Source: Candidatus Marinacidobacterales bacterium (GTDB lineage Bacteria > Acidobacteriota > Vicinamibacteria > Marinacidobacterales > DATDRI01). Taken from it: a stretch of 64,000 nt of DNA. Of the stretch, positions 9,137-19,901 are shown piece after piece (the stretch's first letter is position 1; each line of letters opens with the position of its first letter). The stretch lies in assembly GCA_965226495.1 (NCBI GenBank), contig OZ245365.1:1-64000 (forward strand), written 5' to 3'. The notes beneath the pieces were generated by a model that was given only the letters and a program-made list of their open reading frames with translations, did no database searches and was not told the DNA's origin. The position numbers were made by a program, and so were the translations under genes.

Positions 9137-10389
9137 TGTCCCTTCCATAAACTCGAGCTGCGTGAGATTAGCGAGCTGCCTGCAACCAGGATGCTTGGGT
9201 CGTCTTCATGTAGGACGTTTCGAGGATCGGCGTCGGCTCTACTCAGGGGTATAGGTGTAAGCTGGCGCGAAGTCCCGTAGCCGTCCCGAGCGGATCGGCT
9301 CAAGCAGCGCGTCGAGTGTAATAATGATGGAGACCACCGACCTTTGGAATGGCTCTCACTTTGCCCATCGCCGGTGACTCTACCCGGCGAGGCTCAGGCG
9401 CGTCCTTCTCAAGCGACAAATGAGTCCGGCACGAATGATAGTAGTCGACGTATTTGCGTAGGATTCGCTTCAGGTGCCGCTCATCAAGGACGATCACGTG
9501 GTCGAGACACTCACGTCGAATGGAGCCGATCATCCTTTCGACAAATGGATTCTGCCACGGGGAGCGCGGTGCGGTAAGGACCTGCTCGATCCCGAGACCG
9601 TCGACGCGAGTATCGAAGTACGCTCCGTAGGTCTGGTCTCGATCCCGTACCAGGTACCGAGGCGCCGTGTCCCATGGAAAAGCATCGACCATTTGCTGCG
9701 CCGTCCACTCGGCGGAAGGATGCTCGGTGACATTGAAATGAACGATACGGCGACGGTCGTGGCGAAGGACGATGAAGACGAACAGAACTCTGAAAGTTGC
9801 GGTCGGCAAAGTGAAAAAGTCGAGCGACACCAAGTCGTTTGCATGATTATCGAGAAAGCTCCGCCAAGTATGGGACGGTGGGGTGCGATGACGAACCATA
9901 TACTTGGAGACGGCTGCCTGGGAAATGGAGATGCCTAGCTTCGCCAGCTCGCCATGCACGCGGGGAGCTCCCCAGAGAGGGTTGGCCCTGCTCATGTTCC
10001 GAATCAGCTCACGTATTTCGGGAGCAACGCCTGGTCGTCCAGGCCTACGCCGTCGGCTCTTCCAAGTCCAATATCGTCTGAACCCACAACGGTGCCAGCG
10101 GATGACCGTCTCAGGTTTCACGATGACGAGGACGCTCTCCCAGTCAGTCCAGATTCTGCGCAATAGCACCCAAAACCCGCGGTCGACCTTCGAGAGCCGC
10201 GGCCGTTTCACGGAACGGCGGAGGACGGCGAGCTGCTGGCGAAGAGCGACATTCTCGAGAGCCAGCTCGCGACGAGCCTTGAAGGTAGAGATGAGAGCGC
10301 GAACCAACGACGAAATCATGCCGGCATGGTGCCGGCAGACCGGAGATTAATCAAGTTTGGTGCGCGCGGATGAATAAATAGAAGGCACA
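9137..10389 (-). mobile_element. Complete IS with integrase-core (rve-type) transposase; source of end D
   Basis: Imperfect TIRs TGTCCCTTCCATAAAC / TGTGCCTTCTATTTAT; no target duplication seen. Confidence 0.85.
9300..10319 (-). CDS. Integrase core domain (DDE) transposase
   Basis: WGAPRVHGEL, DFF, RDRD, PWQNPFVERMIGSIRRECLD. Confidence 0.9.
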   Translation of the reverse strand: MISSLVRALISTFKARRELALENVALRQQLAVLRRSVKRPRLSKVDRGFWVLLRRIWTDWESVLVIVKPETVIRWHRCGFRRYWTWKSRRRRPGRPGVAPEIRELIRNMSRANPLWGAPRVHGELAKLGISISQAAVSKYMVRHRTPPSHTWRSFLDNHANDLVSLDFFTLPTATFRVLFVFIVLRHDRRRIVHFNVTEHPSAEWTAQQMVDAFPWDTAPRYLVRDRDQTYGAYFDTRVDGLGIEQVLTAPRSPWQNPFVERMIGSIRRECLDHVIVLDERHLKRILRKYVDYYHSCRTHLSLEKDAPEPRRVESPAMGKVRAIPKVGGLHHYYTRRAA

Positions 10390-10660
10390 AGGCGATGGAT
10401 GTACGCGACTGTCGGACTGTTCACAGATTACCGAGTTCGATATCTGGTCGCTTCGCCGAAAGACGCCCCGGCTCGATAGGTCACATAACCCTTCGCGGGA
10501 AGTGTGCAGGAGCGCGTAGTGCGGGAAAGCCGCACGCTGCGTGCGATGTGGCGGGGGCTGGAAACGGACTTACGGTGCGGCTAGTGAGGCACTCCCACAG
10601 GAAACGGGGAGAAACAGATAGGCCGCGCCTACGGAGCACCGCGCCAGCCCTCGACCCTAC
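10390..10660 (+). ncRNA. Group II intron 3' end (maturase C-terminus, domains V-VI)
   Basis: RRWMYATVGLFTDYRVRY..stop; DV-like GCGCGTAGTGCGGGAAAGCCGCACGCTGCGTGC; DVI GGGGCTGG...CCAGCCCTCGACCCTAC ending in AC. Confidence 0.8.
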
Positions 10661-10811
10661 CGGGGACATCCTGCCGCCGGGCGTTACGTTAACGTCCAAC
10701 CTCGCTGTCATCTTCACGCTGAACCAATACACTACCTCTCCTCCCCCGTGCTGGTGCACGCCGCTCCCATTCTTCACTATCCATCATTGGCCTCCATTAG
10801 CCTCAGGGTTT

Positions 10812-11279
10812 TCAAGCCATATCGTTCATGTGCTCTGAGAATGCCTCGGATATCATTTCTTCGGAGTATCCCTTTTTCATAAGGGCGGCCTTTTTTTTCT
10901 TTTGGATTGCCAATGGGTCATCCTCCAAGAATGCCTCGCAGTAGGCCTCAAACTCTGGCTCTTGATGGAGCAGGGCTACGTTCTTATGCAATGATTTTGA
11001 AAGTTCTTCTCTATCCAACCCCTTTGTTCTCATCATTGATTCCAGTATCGTTTTGTTGTCCACGAAGAACCTCTGGAATTCGTGCTTGTCGAACTCAACC
11101 AGTCCAATTGCAGTTTCTCGGCATGGGTTGTTTGTGTATGCGTCCAGCAGTCTTGCAAGATCTTTTGGGATGACCCCTCCTCCAAAGGTCTGTATCAAGA
11201 GGTCTTTTGCAAATTCCAAGTCGCAATTTGAGAAGGTCTCCTTCCAATATCTTTTTTTCTTTAATCCAAAAAGGTCCAT
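10812..11279 (-). CDS. Hypothetical protein (AT-rich)
   Basis: 155-aa ORF with ATG and AGGGG RBS-like sequence. Confidence 0.55.
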   Translation of the reverse strand: MDLFGLKKKRYWKETFSNCDLEFAKDLLIQTFGGGVIPKDLARLLDAYTNNPCRETAIGLVEFDKHEFQRFFVDNKTILESMMRTKGLDREELSKSLHKNVALLHQEPEFEAYCEAFLEDDPLAIQKKKKAALMKKGYSEEMISEAFSEHMNDMA

Positions 11280-11457
11280 GAATTTTCCCCTTTGTTAGGA
11301 GACTAGAGATGGGCGTTACACATCAGACGTGGAGCCGAGCCGGCCATATCCACCTCGTGAATTGCATACGGAACGGGCAACTACCCCACACCATAAGCTG
11401 TTAAGCCTATACTAATCAATAGGTGGCATAAGGACACCGCAGGTTCGACCGGAACCC

Positions 11458-11679
11458 ATGCGGCACGGCGGCGATGCCGAGTTCTTTAATCAGCGAGCCT
11501 TGGTCGAACGGGATAACCAGATCGTCGATGTCGACGGTTTCGCGAACTGGGGCAATCTTGGATCGACTGTCGACTACGACAATTCCGGGTTTGTCGGCGG
11601 TGCGCTAATCGGGAAGCAGTTCGAGATCGGCAGCGCGCTGCTCAGAGTTGGACTCAACGGGACATGCGTCAAGGGATAA
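11458..11679 (+). pseudogene. Outer-membrane porin-like fragment
   Basis: DYDNSGFVGGALIGKQFEIG..LRVG beta-strand pattern. Confidence 0.35.
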
Positions 11680-11924
11680 GCCGATTAAGAATGCGTACCT
11701 TGAGTGTGAGGGAATTTCTAGAGCATACTCGATGGAGACTAAACAGCATCTTATGTCGATCGAGGCGAATTAAAAATGTCCAGGTGTTCAAGCATCGACA
11801 TCGGTCGTCCGATTGACCTCGAGCCCTCAAAAAGATTGAAGTCCGTAGAGCTTTTGAAAATCCTACCCCGATTGGCGAATACGGACCGTGTGATTGGACC
11901 AGCGAACTTGGGCCAATCGGGGAT

Positions 11925-12420
11925 CCCCAGAAGCTCGGAGGCTTTTTTTGGATCTCGAGCATCGTTTCCACCCGAGCGAGACGACGCTTCAGGCGCGCAT
12001 TCTCACGCTCGAGTTCCTTGAGCTTCGGGTCCTCTGCCTTTGCCTTCCGCCCCCGTTTCCTCAATGCCAGGCCTGCCTTGGCGATCTCGTCTCGTTGGCG
12101 GCGCCACGCCGAAAGCTGTGAGGAGTACAAACCCTCTCGACCCAGAAGCGCGACAATATCCCCGTCACCCTTGCAGGCATCAGCTTCGCGAACGATCCGC
12201 AGCTTGTACTCCGCTGTGAAGCGTCGACGCTTCGGACGTTCACTCACTTCGGGATCCGCTACCATCGCCTCGCGGCCGGCGTTGATCTCCACTCGCCCTA
12301 CTGGCTCCTTCCGACCCCGCCGAGTTCTCTTTCTCAGTCAATAAATTCATCCATGACCCTCCTCTGCCCTCGACACTAATTTCAAGGGACGAAGTGTCTC
12401 AGGGATGTTGACACGGAGGG
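11925..12420 (-). mobile_element. IS3-family left end plus OrfA, truncated
   Basis: PKRRRFTAEYKLRIVREAD..REGLYSSQLSAWRRQ; A7 run at the OrfA end; OrfB missing. Confidence 0.75.
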
Positions 12421-12597
12421 GAACGGCGGAGGACGGCGAGCTGCTGCCGAAGAGCGACATTCTCGAGAGCCAGCTCGCGACGAGCCTTGAAGGCAGAGAT
12501 GAGAGCGGGAACCAACGACGAAATCATGCCGGCATGGTGCTGGCAGACCCGAGATTAATCAAGTTTGGTGCGCGCGGATGAATAAATAGAAGGCACA
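12421..12597 (-). mobile_element. End D plus N-terminal fragment of its transposase
   Basis: Near-identical to about 10213-10389. Confidence 0.85.
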
Positions 12598-13092
12598 GGA
12601 GGAGTTTGTGGCCATTCGGAGCGCGTTTCGACCACTAACGCGAACGAGGCGGCCGGCTTTGTTGATGATGCGGAAGCGGATGGTGCGGATGGTGTTGCAG
12701 CAGATGGGTGCATGTACGCTTTCGAGAGATGCCTTTCGTTTCAGCGATGGTGTCGAGCTGAAAGCTGCGACACAGGTTGTGTGCGAGCACGTTCAACTGT
12801 TGCCAGGCGCTATTGGCGGCATAGCTTTTAGTGGGCACGACGTCGAGAGCGAACTGGCTGCGCAATTCGGCGAAGGTTTTCTCTTGGCCGCCTCGCCCAG
12901 CAGCGAAGTACCAAAGGCGTTGGACGGTGAGCGATTTGTTGGTGGCGACGGCTGAGTACTCGAAGTAGCCGTCGTCTGGAGAAAACAGGTCGAGCTGGAA
13001 GTTCTTCGCCGTTCGATGTCGAACTCGCTTCCGATAGATCGCGATCCGGACGGTGATATTCCAGGGCTCGATGAAGTGTTTGATGGAGAAGC
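12598..13092 (-). pseudogene. IS1380-family transposase fragment
   Basis: FQLDLFSPDDGYFEYSAVATN..GRGGQEKTFAELR..ANSAWQQLNVLAHNL. Confidence 0.65.
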
Positions 13093-14177
13093 GGCGTTGT
13101 TGCACCGCTCTGGCTGAGAGCAAAATGCGCCTCTTGTGGTGGCCGAGGTATGTTCGACCATGAAGTATCCCAAGCGCAGCCAGTACAAGCACGCGAAGCA
13201 GAAGAAGTACCACGTTTCCAACTGGGCGGAATACAACGAAGGGCTGCGCCGCCGAGGCGATTTGACGGTCTGGTTTGACGAGGAGGCAATCGCGAACTGG
13301 AAGGCCGACAAGACCGGTAAGCCTGGCGGTCAACGGGTCTATTCAGACATGGCGATTGAAACGGGCCTGGTTGTCCGGATGGTGTACAAGCTCGCCTACC
13401 GACAAACCGAAGGCTTCTTGCACTCGATCGCCTCGCTGCTCGGGCTCGGTATCGAGATCCCGGACTACTCGACGTTGTCTCGGCGGTCGAGGCTGCTCCG
13501 CAAGAAGCTGCGGATTCCGAAAGCCGCAAGCAATCAACCAATCCACCTGATGATCGATAGCACGGGCTTGAGGATTCATGTTGGAAACGCTCGCAAACCG
13601 CCAAAGCAGCGCGCATGGCGCAAGTTGCACATCGCCGTTGATCGCGAGACAGGGAACATTGTTGCGTCCGAACTGACGGCGTCACGAGCTCGAGACGCAA
13701 CCCGAGTCCCCGCTTTGCTAACACAGATTCAAGCACCTCTAGTGTCGGTGGCGGCGGACAGTGCATACGACAAGGAAGCGGTCTACGAAGCCATCGAAGC
13801 GCACAGTCCTGGACGAAGGACGCGCGTGGTGATTCCGCCGCAACGAAACGCGACGCTCAGTCAGAATTCGAACACCGCCATGCAGGAGCGCGATCGCCAT
13901 ATTCGTGCAATCGAAAGACACGGCCGACGTGAATGGTACAAGCTCTCAGGCTACACCAAGCGAAGCATGGTGGAGAACGCGGTCTATCGTTACAAGGCGA
14001 TCATCGGGCCGGAGATGCGGGCTCGAACGTTGGCGAGGCAACGAGTTGAACACCGAATTGGGTGCGAGATACTCAACAAGATGGCTGCGCTCGGGATGCC
14101 CGATACGTACTGCGCCGGGTGACTCTGCAACCGGCACAGGGAGGTCAGCGATTTGCTCCGGGCCGTGCAACAACGCC
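13093..14177 (+). mobile_element. IS5-family (IS903 group) element, complete
   Basis: TIRs GGCGTTGTTGCAC / GTGCAACAACGCC; second copy at 27232-28317. Confidence 0.9.
13160..14122 (+). CDS. IS5-family transposase
   Basis: NWAEYNEGLRRRGDLT, IDSTGL, WRKLH, ADSAYD, RSMVE. Confidence 0.9.
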   Translation: MKYPKRSQYKHAKQKKYHVSNWAEYNEGLRRRGDLTVWFDEEAIANWKADKTGKPGGQRVYSDMAIETGLVVRMVYKLAYRQTEGFLHSIASLLGLGIEIPDYSTLSRRSRLLRKKLRIPKAASNQPIHLMIDSTGLRIHVGNARKPPKQRAWRKLHIAVDRETGNIVASELTASRARDATRVPALLTQIQAPLVSVAADSAYDKEAVYEAIEAHSPGRRTRVVIPPQRNATLSQNSNTAMQERDRHIRAIERHGRREWYKLSGYTKRSMVENAVYRYKAIIGPEMRARTLARQRVEHRIGCEILNKMAALGMPDTYCAG

Positions 14178-14580
14178 GCTAAGGGGCAAGGCTGTGGTCC
14201 TTGCGTGGTTTCCGAAAGCGTTTACCGGTGGTTGAACGGCCGAATGCAAGTCGCTCCGTGAGAGCGGCGACGAAATCCGTGCTTTTGCGGTCAACTACTT
14301 CGCCGCGAGCTGTGACACGGTCAAGACTAACAAGGAATTCGCCGAATCTCTCTCTCTCGACTATCCGATCCTGAGCGATCCCGACAAAGGCGTCGCGAAG
14401 TCCTATGGGGTCGTAACGGTGAAGCGTGAATTGCCGCACCGCTGGACTTACTATGTCGACGCCGAAGGCAAGATCCTCTACATCGACAGAAGCGTCAACA
14501 CGCACAGCGCGGGAGCGGATGTCGCGGCGCGATTGAAGAGGCTCGGAGTTGTGCTCCGCAAAAAGTCGATCCAGCGTTGA
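14178..14580 (+). pseudogene. Peroxiredoxin (BCP-like) with in-frame TGA at the peroxidatic position; 5' end removed by IS5
   Basis: KAVVLAWFPKAFTGG-TGA-TAECKSLR...LDYPILSDPD...RWTYYVDAEGKI; not in the ORF track. Confidence 0.8.
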
Positions 14581-14904
14581 TTGCGCGGTTTAGACCAAAG
14601 TCATCGTTGCCAAGGGTAAAAAAGTTCAAAGCTTTCCCGGCGGGAAGACGTCCGACGTCCGAGGAAATCGTGGACGCGTTTGTAGGGCCAACAGGAAACC
14701 TGCGCCCCCACGGTGCGTGCCCAGGCAGTGGTGTTTGTTGAGCAACGATAAGATGGTTTTGCGCTGGTCTGCCGGGATGTCGAGAGGCCGGTCTACTCCC
14801 ATGTTTCTCCGCTCATGGTCTGGTAGAGGCCGATGGCATCGACGATGAAGTCCTGCGTCAAGCCCCGGGTAGGCTTGCGCCTTCTCGCCGTCGTAATCAT
14901 GAGC

Positions 14905-15072
14905 TGTGCCTTCTATTTATTCATCCGCTAGCCCAGGGGTCGGAAGTCAGCCCTGCGGTGCCTTGGTGCATAACTCTGGACAACTCTAAAGGAATCAGCA
15001 GGTTACGTTTTTGGTGCAAAAATAGCAGAGTCAATGGAATCAATGACTTACCTGTATTTATGCACCAAGGCA
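14905..15072. mobile_element. MITE A end with nested MITE C (14959-15072)
   Basis: End D sequence followed by TGCCTTGGTGCATAA...TTATGCACCAAGGCA. Confidence 0.85.
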
Positions 15073-16470
15073 ATGGCGAGGAGCTTCTCCTCCAGTAGGA
15101 GGAAGATTTGTCCCTCGATCGTGTCAGCGGACACGAGATTGTAGACCTGCGCCGTGTGCTTCTGGCCGTAGCGATGAATACGCCCGATGCGCTGTTCAAC
15201 ATCCATCGGATTCCAAGGCAGGTCGTGGTTGAACAGGACACGCGCGAATTGCAGGTTGATCCCTTCGCGTCCCGCCGCCGTGCAGATAAGCACTCGCGGG
15301 CCATCGTTCCGCTTGAACCGTCGTTCCGCCGCAACCTTCGCACCGTGATCTCCGCCTTTCAATACCTCTACGCCCGTGCCTGGAAAATGTTGGCCAATAG
15401 AGGATCGCAAGGTGTCCACACTGCCGAGGTAGGTCGTAAAGATGACGATCTTTTCAGCAGGATGCACGGCCCAGAGGTCGCCGAGTCCCCGCAGCAGTTC
15501 GTCCGTTTTAGTCTCTTCGTCCAACGGCAGCTTTTCCAGTAGCTCCTTGATCCGTCCGCGCTCCGCAGGAAGCGCGACAGAAACCAGTGTCGCCGCTGAA
15601 TCCTCTTCGGACGCTGCGGTCAATTCCGTTCCGTCCGACACTACCGCCACCTTCTCGCCCAGCTTACGCAACAATTGAATCTTCGCCTCCGCCAAGAGGC
15701 GATCGGCTTCAGCGCACCCCATCGCGTCGTTGGGAAGGCTGTGCATCTGTTGAATGAGGTTGCGGGCGTCAGACATCGCGCGGTGTCGACCATCAGTATC
15801 CAAGTTGTCGTCGCAGACAACAGCCTCGTGGATGGTCAGCATCAGCAAACGCCGACGAAGGGTCATGCCGACGGCGGCGAAGCTCGACGCCGCGATCTTC
15901 TGGAAGATCGTCATCACAAAACCGAGCACGCGCCCTTCCGTGCCTGCCTGCGCGGCGAGGTTGTATCCGTCAGAGAGGTACTCCGTCAGGGCATCGTAGA
16001 ACCGTTGCTCATACTCGGACAGGTGAAACGCCTGCGTGTGAACCTGCCTGCGGCAAAACAGCGGTTCGCCGTGCGCGTCGCAGGCGTCGGCCTGAGTGCG
16101 GCGAAACACTACCGCGTTGAGGCGGTGGCGATTCTCTAACATGTCCTCCGGGTTCTGGAACAATCTCGGATCGAGAAGACGAATGAGCATCCAGAAACGA
16201 AAGTGATCGCCTTGGTGTGGTGTGGCGGACAGGAGAAACAAGTCTCGGCTGTGTTCGCGGAGCGCCTCGCCGAGCTTGAAATTGTGCGTCTTCTTCACCT
16301 TCTGCCCAAACTTGTACGCCGTCAAGTGGTGGGCCTCATCGAACACGATCAAGTCCCACGGTGGAGCTTCGAGCAGACGCCGCACTCGGGCCGGACGTTT
16401 AAGTGTGTCGATGCTGGCGATCAGGCGGTTGTGCTTCGCGAAGGCGTTGCTGCGCCTGTCGGTGACATCC
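15073..16470 (-). pseudogene. SNF2-like helicase, internal fragment
   Basis: DEAH, LSATPH, REGINLQ, DLPWNP..EQRIGRIHRYGQ; both ends cut by repeats. Confidence 0.85.
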
Positions 16471-16558
16471 CGTCCTGTGCCAAAACTCGGCCTTTTGAAA
16501 CAGACCGTAATATCAGCACAGCTTAGTGTCTGTGTTTGCGACCGGGTCAAGAGCCGTG
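16471..16558 (+). repeat. Solo TIR-B end
   Basis: CGTCCTGTGCCAAAACTCGGCC...CTTAGTGTCTGTGTTTGCGACC. Confidence 0.8.
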
Positions 16559-16579
16559 CTTCGGCTACCCACCCAACTT

Positions 16580-16879
16580 CTACCGGTCGGCAAGGGGTTC
16601 CGAAAGCAACCGCAGCGCCGCTGCCAGGAGTCGATCCTTCCAGGCAACGCGTTCCCGCCAGTGGTCGGGGATGGCGTTCAGGCCGTAGAGGGCCGCAGTC
16701 GCTCCCCAGCGCTGAATCGCGTCGAGGTCGGTGTCGAGATCCCGCTTCCAGGGCCCGGATATTGCGTAGCGATCGATCCTACCGGGGCACTGCGAGAAGC
16801 CGATCCGGCCCCGGCCGTCGCCCAGGGTCATCGCCGTGATGCGCAGTGGGTGGCTCTCGCTGGTTCTTGCCGTCGGCAT
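16580..16879 (-). pseudogene. Internally deleted CDKN3-like phosphatase / ADP-ribosylglycohydrolase fusion
   Basis: N-terminus RTSESHPLRI..GRIGFSQCPGR..WKRDLDTDLDAIQRWGA joined to C-terminus AALYGLNAIPDHW. Confidence 0.6.
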
Positions 16880-17002
16880 GGACTCTATTCGGTGCTTCCG
16901 CCATCAAGTGTCGCTACGCCGTGTTTGAATGCGAAGATTGGTTGCGGCTTCGCTGCCATGTGGTTTTCTGTGTTGCCGCCTCGGTCTTCTACAGATACGA
17001 AT

Positions 17003-18706
17003 CTACTTCTTCTCCGAGAAGACCGGCGGGGCCTGCGGAATCGCCGCTCCATCGTGCCTCGGCTCGGAAGCCCCGTAGTGGACGCCGGTACCATCGCTCA
17101 TCACTGCCTGACCGGAACCGAAGCCCCCGGTGCGAGGTGGGATAACGTCGATCTCGTGCCCGAGCGCGCCGAGCTCTTCACGCACCGCCTCCGGGATCCA
17201 GGATTCCATCCGAAGGTCACACCCGTCGAAGCTACCTTTCGTGAAACGGCCCGCCTCGAGCGCCTCCTGTATGTTCATACCGTAGTCTACGATGTTCGCT
17301 ACGTACTGGGCATGCGCCTGAGCCTGGTTCCAGCCACCCATGATGCCGAAGCCGATCCGGACGTCACCTTTCTCCATGAAGGCTGGAATGATGGTGTGCA
17401 ACGGTCGCTTTCGCGGCTCGAGTGTATTCGGCTGGTCCGGCTCCATCGTGAACAAGGCCCCTCGATTGTGGAGCATGAAGCCCGCACCCGGCGGCACCAA
17501 TCCCGAGCCGAAGCCAGAGTAGTTGCTCTGGATCAACGAGACGATATTGCCGTCCTTGTCGATGACGGTCATGTAGATCGTGTCGCCGCCCTCAGCGTCG
17601 GTTACGCCAGGGAACTCCGAAGGCGTGACGGAGCACCGCGCCCGGGTCGGGTCGATGAGCTTCGCTCGTTCCGCTGCGTGCGCCTTGTCGAGCATCTCGG
17701 GCACCGGAATGGGCGAGAACCGGGGATCGCCAACGTAGTGAAGCATGTCGGCGTAGGCAAGTTTCTTGGCCTCGATCATGACGTGGAGCGCTTTGGTGCT
17801 GTGGAAGCCGTAGTCTCCCAATGGGAGCTCCTCCATCAAATTCAGCATCATGAGCGCCGCTATCCCCTGGGTGTTGGGGCCGATCTCATAGACGTTCCAG
17901 CCGCGGTAGATCGTCCTGATAGGTGTGACCCACTCCGGCTCGAACTCGGCGAGGTCTTCGGCGGTGAAGACTCCATCCATCTCCTTTGAAATGGCGAGGA
18001 TCGCCCCCGCTGTCTTGCCTTTGTAATAGCCGTCGCGACCGTTTTCCGCGATGCGCCGGAGCGATGCTCCCAGATCGGGGTTGCGAAAGATCTCGCCCGA
18101 CTTCGGTGCGCGACCATCGATGAGAAACGTCTTGGTGGCATTCGGATGTTGCTTGTGCAAATCCTCCGAGCGCTTCCAGCTCCTGGCAATCACTTCGGAT
18201 ACGGGAAAACCGTTCTCCGCGTAGTAGATCGCGGGTGCGAGGATCTCAGTGAAGGGCAGTGTTCCGAATCGGCCGCGAAGCGCGTCCCAGCCGGCCACGA
18301 CTCCGGGAACGGTGACGGCGTAGATGCCGCGGCGCGGCATCGTCTCGATGTTCTTCGAGGCGAGAAACTTGATTGTGAGCTCTTTCGGCGCCCAGCCGCT
18401 CGCGTTCAGCCCGTAGAGCTCGCCACCCTCCGCCATATAGATGATGGCGAAAAGATCCCCTCCGATGCCGTTGCCGGTGGGCTCCATCAGGCCGATGGTG
18501 GCGTTCGCGCCGATGGCGGCGTCGATCGCGTTGCCCCCGCGCTCGAGAATTTGAACGCCCGCACGCGCGGCCAGGGGTTGGCTCGCGGCGACGATGCCGT
18601 ACTCCGTGGCGACCATCGAGCGACCCACGAAGGGTTTGGCGTCCTCTCCGATCGCGAACGGAACCGCTACAACGATGACCAGCGTTCCCATCAAAGCTCG
18701 AAACAT
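17003..18706 (-). CDS. ggt: Gamma-glutamyltransferase
   Basis: GGNAIDAA, GIGGDLF, GDT autocleavage Thr, PRKRPLHTI; signal peptide. Confidence 0.92.
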   Translation of the reverse strand: MFRALMGTLVIVVAVPFAIGEDAKPFVGRSMVATEYGIVAASQPLAARAGVQILERGGNAIDAAIGANATIGLMEPTGNGIGGDLFAIIYMAEGGELYGLNASGWAPKELTIKFLASKNIETMPRRGIYAVTVPGVVAGWDALRGRFGTLPFTEILAPAIYYAENGFPVSEVIARSWKRSEDLHKQHPNATKTFLIDGRAPKSGEIFRNPDLGASLRRIAENGRDGYYKGKTAGAILAISKEMDGVFTAEDLAEFEPEWVTPIRTIYRGWNVYEIGPNTQGIAALMMLNLMEELPLGDYGFHSTKALHVMIEAKKLAYADMLHYVGDPRFSPIPVPEMLDKAHAAERAKLIDPTRARCSVTPSEFPGVTDAEGGDTIYMTVIDKDGNIVSLIQSNYSGFGSGLVPPGAGFMLHNRGALFTMEPDQPNTLEPRKRPLHTIIPAFMEKGDVRIGFGIMGGWNQAQAHAQYVANIVDYGMNIQEALEAGRFTKGSFDGCDLRMESWIPEAVREELGALGHEIDVIPPRTGGFGSGQAVMSDGTGVHYGASEPRHDGAAIPQAPPVFSEKK

Positions 18707-19024
18707 GATCTCACCTCAATCCTGACTTTTCTTCGGCCATTGCTAGTGCCGTTCCAGCTTGTTCCGGCAAGAGAGAATGTTGCCTGTCGACTGCGATGTC
18801 AACTCCAAGGAGTCGGCTCGAGCGGCCATATTTGGACCGGCACTAGTCGCGGCGGGCTGGAGCTTCAAACTACAATCCGCGCCGTCTGGAGGAGCTCGTC
18901 ATGCCACATGTCAAGATGGTTCGTCTCGCCTGCATCGCGGGCTGTCCCTGATGGGTGAGTCTTTGCTCGGTGCGAGGGCGTCGCACGACGCCCCTCCCGT
19001 CGATGCCCTCGCGAGAACGGTGTG

Positions 19025-19167
19025 GGTCGAGGAGTTCGACATCTCGCCCGGACGGGAACCTCATCGCGTTCAAGTCCGCCAAAGCCGGCACCTACGACAT
19101 CTGGACGGTGCCGACAGCCGGGGGCGAACCGATGCAGCTCACCGCCATGCCGGGTCGCGAGATGGCG
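19025..19167 (+). pseudogene. PD40/TolB-like repeat fragment
   Basis: PDGNLIAFKS..GTYDIWTVPTAGGEPMQLT. Confidence 0.6.
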
Positions 19168-19460
19168 CCGCTCTCCAAAACCTGATCAAGCCTGATCAGG
19201 CCCAGGTTCCCGCTTCGCAGAGGATCGTTTCACTTCCGCTCACGCCGAAGCCAGGGCGTTCCTCTCCACAGGCTTGACTTCCGGTGGAGCTCACCGTATG
19301 CGACAAATTCATCGCGGCGTTCGCATCACGGTCTTTCGTAAGGCCGCACGCCGCGCATCGAAACTCGCGCTCGCCCAGCGACAAGCTCTCCTGGATGGCA
19401 CCGCACCCGCTGCACGTCTTTGAAGACGCGAACCAACGATCGACAACGGCTACGTGGTTG
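19168..19460 (-). mobile_element. TnpB C-terminal zinc ribbon plus right end (IS607/IS605-like)
   Basis: [31 protein letters not shown]; ends ...GAGAGCGG. Confidence 0.8.
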
Positions 19461-19575
19461 CCATCGGGCTCGCTTATGACCTGGCCGCGAGGAATTTCCT
19501 GGCCGGCGCGGTGAACCGGGTGATCCTGGCGACCGACGGCGATTTCAACGTCGGTACGACCGATCAAGGGAGTCC
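19460..19575 (+). pseudogene. vWA (YfbK-like) fragment
   Basis: [25 protein letters not shown]. Confidence 0.65.
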
Positions 19576-19591
19576 AGCCCGGTCACCTCCC

Positions 19592-19765
19592 TGTGCCTTC
19601 TATTTATTTCATCCGCGCCCACCGAACTTGATTAGTCTCCCGTCCTGTGCCAAAAACTCGGCCCTTTTGAAATAGACCACAAATCAGCAGTTTAGACGCC
19701 CTTGGAATCCGCGCAGAATCGAGGGTATTTCGTGCTGCAGGGCTGTCTTCCGACCCCTGGGCTGC
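19592..19765 (+). repeat. End D fused to a TIR-B/MITE A segment
   Basis: TGTGCCTTCTATTT... followed by CGTCCTGTGCC at 19641. Confidence 0.8.
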
Positions 19766-19901
19766 GGCGAGCGACAGGCCCACCGGGGGTGCGCACGGCT
19801 GACTCAAATCGGCTGCGGGGTGAGCTACGGGCAGCGAACTTCGCACCCGGAAGTCCCTCATTAGACTGGACTTTATCGAGCACAAGAGCGAACGTTCGGG
19901 G

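Noticed and set aside
16526-17989. 487-aa plus-strand ORF
   Set aside because: Antisense shadow of ggt
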